Assembly (NCBI RefSeq): GCF_004010195.1
Contig: NC_057749.1
Coordinates: 8,845,969-8,901,734 of the forward strand
DNA: 55,766 bases
Reading direction: 5' to 3'
Origin: Chiloscyllium plagiosum
Lineage: Eukaryota
Shown here in pieces: positions 48,285 to 55,766 of this stretch. Position 1 is the first letter of the stretch. Every line of letters starts with the position of its first letter. Under the pieces are notes generated by a model that saw nothing but the letters and a program-made list of their open reading frames with translations, ran no database searches and was not told the origin of the DNA. The position numbers and the translations under genes were made by a program.

Positions 48285-48590
48285 TTCACTCACTTCAACA
48301 CTCACTCCCTCCTTCAGCGCTCACTCGCTCCCTTCAATACTCACACCCTCCTTCAGCGCTCACTCGCTCCCCTTCAACACTCACTCCCTCCTTCAGCGCT
48401 CACTTGCTCCCCTTCAACACTCACTCCCTCCATTTCAACACTCTCACCTTCCCCTTCAATACTCACTTCCTCCTTCAGAGCTCACTCCTTCCTTCAACAC
48501 TCACTCTCTCCTCCAACACTCACTCCCTCTTTTAACACTTGCTCCTCCAATACCCACTCCCTTCCCTCCAACACCCATTCCCTCCTCCAG
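48285..48590. repeat. Pyrimidine-rich minisatellite, ~19-20-bp units (cttcaacactcactccctc)
   Basis: Visible tandem degenerate units. Confidence 0.85.
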
Positions 48591-48839
48591 CATGTCCTCA
48601 GAACACATGAGGGGCATTGACTGAGTAAATAGTAAGAGGATGTATTATCTCACAGGAGCATCTAGAGATGGGGGCACCATTTAGGTAGAAGAGATCTCTC
48701 ATTTAAGATGCAGTTGAGGAGTAATAACTTTACTCAGAGTGTCACTAGTCTTTGAGGTTCTCTATCCCAGAGTGCACTGGAGTTTGGATCAATGAAGATA
48801 TACTAGGCCCGCTTGGACAGCCTTTAGATGAGCTGTTTA

Positions 48840-49115
48840 ATACGGCCCTGACTGCCTTCTCAAATAGATGTTGAAGACCTATTTTGTAGAAGACCATCGC
48901 ACGTGCCCTGGTCAATGTTTCATCCCAATGTAGATTGCTTTAAATAAAATTTTGTCCCCCTCATTCTCACGTTTTTATTGTGGGATCATGCTATGCAAAA
49001 ATTGGCTGCTGCCAGTTCCTACATTGCAGCAGAACCTGCACTTCAGAAAAGAAAAGGTGTTGGGCGTGTGCAGTGCTTTTGGAGAGGCGCTATCCAAATG
49101 CAGGGTTTTCTTTTG
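48840..49115 (+). mobile_element. Old Deu-domain-type SINE remnant
   Basis: tgtgggatcatgctatgcaaaaattggctgctgcc...cctacattgcagcag resembles the remembered Deu-domain core; similar remnants at ~16800-16980, 26570-26800, 29690-29960 and 51800-51900. Confidence 0.55.
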
Positions 49116-49794
49116 GAGCGTTTGTGTCAACAATACAGAACTGTCAGGAAATGACCCTTGTTGTGATCCTGTTAACAAATTATCCAATCACCTCGAACGA
49201 TTCTGTCCTGATACTGAATCTCGGCCAGAGGTGGGATCTGCCCCTAACTCCAGGTGATATTAGGTTTCCCCCTTTCTCCCCCTCACACTCCTGCCCTGGG
49301 AGACCATCTACGCTGGACTGTGTTCCTTTACTAAAGAACGAACATCTTATGCAGGTGTCAGAACAAATACCAGCCAATCTGCACAGCATGATCCCATGAC
49401 ACAAGCATGCCAATGGATGGATCAACATCTTTTGCTCAGGATCAGAGTTTTGTGTGGGCCTGCTGAACTCCCACTGTGTGATAGATACATCATCGCAAAC
49501 GCTCATGGGATCCAGCTTCATTCCCCTTCCCGACCCCATCAACACTTCCTCCGTGAATTAGACTGTAAGAATGTAGGAGTAGAGGAGGCCATTGCATCTG
49601 CTCCCCCAGTCACTGAGATGATGGCTCATCTGATACCCCTCACCTCCACTTTCCTCCCTTTACCTCATAACCCTTGCTTCCCTTCTCTGTGTCTCAGCCT
49701 AGAATACTCTTAATGACTCAGCCTCAACACCTTTCTGTGGTAAAGAATTCTACAGGTTCACAACACTCTGAGAAAATAAATTCCTTGTCAGCGC

Positions 49795-50195
49795 AGAGAA
49801 AGGCCATTCAGCCTGTACCAACCTTCTGCAGAGCATCCCACCCAGAACCCTGCATTTCCCATGGCCGACCCACCCAGCCTGTACATCTCTGTGATGTACA
49901 GGGCAATTTAGATTAGATTCCCTACAGTGTGGAAACAGGCCATTTGGCCCATCAAGTCCACACCCACCCCCCCACATTTATCCCTGACAAATCCACCTGA
50001 CACTACAGGCAATTTACCATGGCCAATTCACCTAGCTTACACATCTTTGGATTGTGGGAGGAAACCAGAGCACCCAGAATAAACCCACGCAGACACGGAG
50101 AGAACGTGTAAACTCCACACCGGCAGTTGCCCGAGGCTGGGATCAAACCTACATCCCTGGTGCTGTGAGGCAGCTGTGCTAACCACTGAGCCACC
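49795..50195 (-). mobile_element. HE1-like SINE (49906-50195) plus an adjacent SINE tail fragment, nested in a CR1 remnant
   Basis: Inverted copies; the CR1 host flanks at ~49570-49790 and 50196-50325. Confidence 0.75.
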
Positions 50196-50471
50196 CAATC
50201 ATCTCATCTCTGTCTTAAATGTGCACCTCCTGATTCTGAGTCTTTGCCCTCTGGCCCTCAACCCTCCCATTAGGGGAAACAACATTTCCACATTGACCCT
50301 ATCAAGACCCGGAAGAATCTTGGAGGTATTTAACTCCAGGAATAAGAGGCCTTGGTCCGACAGGCCTCTCAGATGAGACATTGAACCAAGGCCTGGTCTG
50401 CCCTCTCAGGGTGCAGCCCTCCCTGAGTAATGCACAGGACCTAGATTCAGTGATCAAATCTCTGACATGTG

Positions 50472-50968
50472 AGTCATAGAGACGTACCACATGGAAACAG
50501 ACCCTTTGGTCCCACTCCAGGACCAGATATCCTAACCTAATCCAGTCCCATTTGCCAGCACTTGGCCATATCCCTCCAAACCCTTCCTGAACATATACCC
50601 ATCCAGATGCCTTTTAAATGCATCAGCCTCCACTACTTCCTCTGGCAACTCATTCAATACATGCACCCCCCCTCTGCGTGAAAGAATTGCCCCTTAGGTC
50701 CCTTTTAAATTTTTCCTCTCTCTCTCTGAACCTATGCCCTCTAGTTCTGGACTCTGCTATCTCAGGGAAAAGACCTTGGCTACTCACCCAGTCCATGCCC
50801 CTCGTGATTTTATAAATCTCTTATCAGGTCACCCTTCAGCCTCCGATGCTCCAGGGAAAACATCCCCAACCTATTCATCCTCTCCCTGTAGCTCAAATCC
50901 TCCAACCCTGGCAACATCCTTGGAAATCTTTTCTGAACCTTTTCAAGTTTCACAACATCCCTCCGATA
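50472..50968 (-). mobile_element. HER1/CR1 LINE 3' fragment
   Basis: Inverted copy similar to 16146-16779. Confidence 0.85.
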
Positions 50969-51924
50969 GGAGCCAAACGGACCTTTATAACTTGGCCACC
51001 TGTGGGTCCTTTGGTTCCCATTTGCACATGGACTGCAGTGGTTCCAGAAGGCAGCTCACCCCCACCTTCCCAATGGATGGTAAATACTAGCCCACATCGC
51101 AAGAGTGAACGGCGGGGGGAAAGCAAAATGCATTTCAGGAGAGAGCTGTACACCTGCTGCACTCTGGAGTATGAGCTCCTCAAAGCAGCTTAATGATAGC
51201 ACTGGAGAGGTCATTGATAAAGGGTTTCAACGCAGTTGGTTGTTTAACCTGTATGAGGTGGGATTAATGAAAGACTCCTGAGTACGTCTAATCAAAGTGT
51301 ACGAGCTGCCTTCTTAGGAAGTATACCTGAGATGGATGTTGAGGGTAATGAAGGAGTAGAAGGCAGCCCTTTAATGGTTGGTTTCACAAAGTGATGTAAA
51401 CTTCGAGATCAAAGACTCAGTGATGTCCTGTCAACCTGAACGTCGATTCTAAACACGCAATACCTTCCTCCTAATCGGGTAACTTAAAGTGGGGAGGGAG
51501 AGAGTGCAGTTTGTTTTTAATCTGTTCTCACTGGGCTTGTCGAAGCAGAGACTGCCTTCCACCCTGTGACTCTGGTCGTCAGTGAGATTTAAGGCAGGAG
51601 TGTACCCTCTCAGCCTGTGAATTTGCACAAGCCCAGGACCACCGCAGAGTCCCACAGCACAGAGGAGGCCCGTCGGCTCATCGGCTCTGTACCAGCCCAT
51701 CTACACTAACCCCACGTTCCAGCACTTGGCTCACAGTGTTGAATGTTGTGCCCATTGCAAACGTTCAGCCACATACTCGTCCTGAAAGCCCCTTTCGGAG
51801 AGTTTTAATGCAGGAAATCTGACAGCTGACCTCCGCCCACAATAAGTTCCCACAAACAGCCAATGTGTTTGGGACCAGCTAATATGTTTCCTTGTTATCA
51901 GCATCGATTGAAAGACAAATAATG

Positions 51925-52960
51925 AGTTGATTTGATTCATTTTTGTCATATGTACCTGGGTAAAGTAAAAAGTTCTGTTTTGTGTGCAGATCATACCGTC
52001 CAAAATGCATTAGGATAATAGAACCGAGCGAGGAATATAATGTTACAGCTACAGAGAAGGTGCACAGAGAGTAACATCAATATCAAATGTCAAATTAGAG
52101 AGGTCCATTCAGAAGTCTAATAACAGTGGGGAAGAAGCTGTTCTTGAATCTGTTAGTCCATGTGTTTAAGCTTTTGTATCTTCTGCCCAACAGAAGAGGT
52201 TGGAAGAGATTATAACTGGGTAGGGAGGGGTCTTTGATGATGTTGGCTGCCTTCCAACGGCAGGGAGAAGTGTAGATGGAGTTAGTGGATGGAAGGTTGG
52301 TTTGTGTGATGGACTGGGCTGTGTTCACAACTCTCCTCACAGTCCTGGGCAGAGCAGTTGCCATAACAAGCCGTGATGCATCCAGATAGAGTGCTTTCTG
52401 TGATGCATCTGTAAGAATTGGTAAGTGTCTTTATGAACATGCCGAGTCCCCTGAGCCTTCTGTGGAAGTAAAGGCTCTCTTGATTCTTGCATCAATGTGG
52501 ATGGACCAGGACAGATTGTTGGTGATTATTGCTCTCAGGGACTTGAAGCTGTCAACCATCCCCACCTCAGCTCCATTGATGCAGACATGGCCGTGCCCTT
52601 TGCCCTGCTTCCTAAAGTCAATGAGCAGCTCTTTAGTTTTGCTGTCTCTTTTCTGTACTTTATCTCATCATTGTTTGAGATCCAGCCTACAACGGTTGGT
52701 GTCATCAGTGAATTTGTAGATGGAGTTTGGGTGAAATTTGATCACAGAGTTAGGAGTGTATTGGGAGTACAGTAAGGAGCAGGTACACCGGTGTTGGGGA
52801 TTATCGTGGAGGAAGTGCTGTTGTCTATCCCCACCGATTGTGGTCTGTGGGTCAGGAAGTTGAGGATCCAGTTGCAGAGGGTGGAGCAGAGACCCATGTC
52901 TCAGCGTTTAGAGAATCGTTTGGTTGGGATAATCGTGTTGAAGGCAGAGCTGTAGCCAGT
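51925..52960 (-). mobile_element. Rex1/Babar-type LINE 3' remnant
   Basis: Minus strand VVNTAQSITQTNLPS...KAANIIKDPS...NRFKNSFFPTVIRLLN. Confidence 0.8.
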
Positions 52961-54065
52961 AGTTCTCCATCCAGCAGATATGGACCTCAATTTAAGATCT
53001 GCCAGACTGTATCCCTGGCAGTGCAGCATTCCCTCAGTACCTCTGGGGTGTCTGCCTATAGAGTTTGTGTTCAAGGCTCTGGAGTTTCTGGGGAAAAGGT
53101 AGGAAAGGAGGAGAATTGAGGATGATCAAATCAGCCACGATGTCAGTGAATGCCGGAGCAGATTCAATGGGCTGAATGACCTCCTTTACTCTGTCTTTTA
53201 ACGTGGAGCTAGAAGCCACAACATTCTGTCTTACAGATGCGAAGGTGACATATTGCTCCCTATTTAATCTCTGAGATTAAATCGAGATTTTGTATTTATT
53301 AATGGCTCAATGTGGGGGAGGGGAGATAGCCAATAGTATATATTTAATTCAAAATCTTTTATCAATGAAAGCTGAAGGATTTTTCATTTTGTATGTTCGG
53401 AGTTTGGTTGGACTGTGTTAGACTGGTCACTGCACCCCCTTGGAGGCAACTGTTGTGACCTCTCTTTGAAGTGTTGTTAAGTTTTTAAGTTAATGCAATT
53501 TCTTGAATTACAGTATTAAGGCTTATTACGGTGAGGCTCAATTGTCATGTGGTTGTTTTTACTGGGTGGTTTAAACAGAGCACTGGATGTCCGGCAAAAA
53601 TATTGACATGGGCTTTTGATATCAACAAGTGCTTTCCGAGAATTGTTGTTGCTACCTGAAATAGATCGAACGCTTTGAAGCACCCGCTATTCAAAGTCTT
53701 TGCCCGTAAGAATATTGATGATGATGTTGTCTCCTGTTGGGTCTGAGTGTTGGCCCAGGGATCAGAGAATGTTGCAAAGGCAGCGTTCAGAAATTTGGCT
53801 CCTTGGGTTCTCTTTCCCAGTAACATGAGACCCCCCCCCCCGCCCCAGTCTAATCATTCTGCAATGTCCCTGTGAAACCCATGCTGGGAGGCAGCCCTCA
53901 CTCACAGATAAATGCTCTGATCCCTCATGGCAACCATGTGACAATACAGAGTGAATGCATTGAAAGATCTGGTCAAAAAACAAGCACAAAATAAACAACA
54001 AAGAGTAGTACACACAGAAGCAGGCCCTTTGGCCCACCAAGTCTGTGCTGACACACGATTCCTTT

Positions 54066-54350
54066 CTAGAAGAGTGTAAAACTAGAGTGGGAGGGGTCTT
54101 TGATTACACTGGCTGCTTTCCTGAAGCAGCAGGAAGTGTAGATGGAGGCGATGATTGGAAGGTTAGTTTGTGTGATGGAGTGGGCTGTGTTCACAACTCT
54201 GTGTAGCCACTCTGGAGGTCTTGGGCAGAGCATTTGCTGTACTGAGCCATGATGCATCTGGATTGATTGCTTTCTATGGTGCATTTGTGAAAGTTGGTAA
54301 GAGTCACCGTGGAAGTCCTGAGGGAGTCGAGGTGTCGGTGTGCTTTCCTA
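54066..54350 (-). mobile_element. Rex1/Babar-type LINE fragment
   Basis: Minus strand RVVNTAHSITQTNLP...KAASVIKDPSH. Confidence 0.7.
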
Positions 54351-54736
54351 ATGATGTGGAAGGACCCATTCCCCTACCCTATTACTTTACATTTATCTCT
54401 GACTGATGCACCTAACCTACACATCCCTGAACATGATGGCAAATTTAGCATGGCCAATCCACCTGAATGCTGCTCCTTGGATGCTGCCTGAACTGCTGTG
54501 CTCTTCCAGCACCACTAATCCAGAATCTGGTTTCCAGCATCTGCAGTCATTGTCTTTACCTGCACATATTTAGATCCAATCCTGTTGGGGAAATCTGGCT
54601 ACAGCCCACCTCACTCAGATTCCACCCTGAGTATCCCCTCATAGGTTTTTCTCATTCCGAATCTCCTTCAGAAATAAGGTTCCATTTCAACAATACAAAA
54701 TATGACAAATTTGTACCAGTGACTGCATTTTGAAAG

Positions 54737-55172
54737 GGGGTAGCACAGTGGCTTAATGGTTAGCCCCGTTGCCCCACGCGCCAGGGACCCAGGTTCAATT
54801 CCAGCCTCGGACAACTGTTTGTGTGGAGTTTGCACATTCTCCTATTGTCTGCGTAGCTGTGCTCCGGTTTCCTCCCACAATCCAAAGAAATCACATAACC
54901 CTTCAGTGGCTCCTGCAGACTCAGATCTTTCAACTCCAGGCAGCGTGGGTCTCCAATGATTTGCTGAGACAGGATTAGATTTAAAGATGTGCAGGCCAGA
55001 TGGATTGGCCATGCTAAATTGCCCATCGTGTTTGGGGATGTGTAGGTTAGGTGCATTAGTCAGGGATAAATGTAGAGTAATAGGGGAATGGGGGTCTGGG
55101 TAGGTGACTCTTCGGAGGGTTGGTGTGGACTTGTTGAGCCAATGGCCTGTTTCCACACTGTAGGGATTCTAT
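54737..55172 (+). mobile_element. HE1-like SINE with a ~95-bp internal insertion
   Basis: Head 54737-54886, unrelated sequence to ~54982, then the SINE resumes with aaagatgtgcagg. Confidence 0.75.
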
Positions 55173-55261
55173 GAATGAAAGCTTGTTTCCACCTTTTAAG
55201 AAAACGTGTTAGTGTTTCTGTCAGGTTTGTGCAGCTCTTTTGCCATGTGACAGAAAGAGCC

Positions 55262-55766
55262 AATCATACATAACAAAGCCGATGAACTAATGGCACAGAT
55301 AATAGTGAATGATTATGATGTAGTAGGCATCACAGAGACTTGGTTACAGGGGGGTCAGGACTGGCAGTTAAACCTCCATGGTTTTTCAACTTATCGAAAA
55401 GACAGAGAGGTGGGCAGAGGGGGTGGGGTTGCCTTGTTAGTTAAGAACAAAATTAAATCTATGGTATTGAATGACATAGCGTCGGATGATGTAGAGTCTG
55501 TGTGGGTGGAATTGAGGAACCACAAAGGCAAAAAAAAACATAATTGGAGTTGTGTACAGACCTCCTAACAGTGGTCAGGACCAGGGACACAACATGTACC
55601 GGGAAATAGAGAAGGCATGTCAGAAAGGCAAGGTTACATTGATCACGGGAGACTTCAATATGCAGGTGGACTGGGTAAATAATGTTGCAAGTGGATCCAA
55701 AGAAAGGGAATTCTTGGAATGCTTACAGAATGGCTTTTTGGAATAGCTTGTCATGGAGCCCACAAG
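55262..55766 (+). mobile_element. CR1 LINE ORF2 endonuclease region, disrupted, continuing beyond the window
   Basis: YDVVGITETWL...RKDREVGRGGGVALLVK...VESVWVEL / YRPPNS...ITGDFN (APE-type endonuclease); frameshift in the A-run near 55530 and a stop at 55744. Confidence 0.9.

Larger units (their letters stand above)
10628..55766 (+). other. ARID3B: Large ARID3B intron, >45 kb, running off the end of the window
   Basis: Donor at 10628; the expected next exon (GTPINRIPIMAKQ...) was not found by eye downstream. Confidence 0.7.

Noticed and set aside
55262..55766. Possible host endonuclease gene or active LINE
   Set aside because: CR1 ORF2 fragment with a frameshift and premature stop, and no upstream ORF1 or 5' region.

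Overview
Repeat-rich vertebrate genomic DNA from a cartilaginous fish. The HE1-type SINEs, HER1/CR1 LINEs, Deu-domain SINEs and Penelope remnants are typical of sharks; a carpet or bamboo shark is a plausible but unproven guess. The window lies inside ARID3B on the + strand. Two short coding exons are recognisable: 5077-5148 (NGSLAWNDDADGGRAREAAKDFAK) and 10555-10627 (LYELDSDPKRKEFLDDLFVFMQKR-G, the start of the ARID domain). I could not find the next ARID exon, so the remaining ~45 kb appears to be one large intron. That intron holds SINEs, CR1/L2/Rex-Babar LINE fragments, Tigger-type MITEs, a 33-bp minisatellite of ~2.4 kb, microsatellites and several TE-free blocks that may be conserved enhancers; a probable solo LTR and a hAT MITE lie in the intron between the two exons. 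The most interesting signal is a set of Penelope-like-element (PLE) insertions carrying minimal hammerhead ribozyme motifs. These include a 96-bp insert that is little more than an intact hammerhead with a perfect 13-bp target-site duplication, and a perfect 93-bp-arm palindrome with a hammerhead on each strand. Almost all ORFs in the supplied track are repeat artefacts. TE boundaries are approximate, and family names and protein comparisons come from recognition and memory, not database searches.
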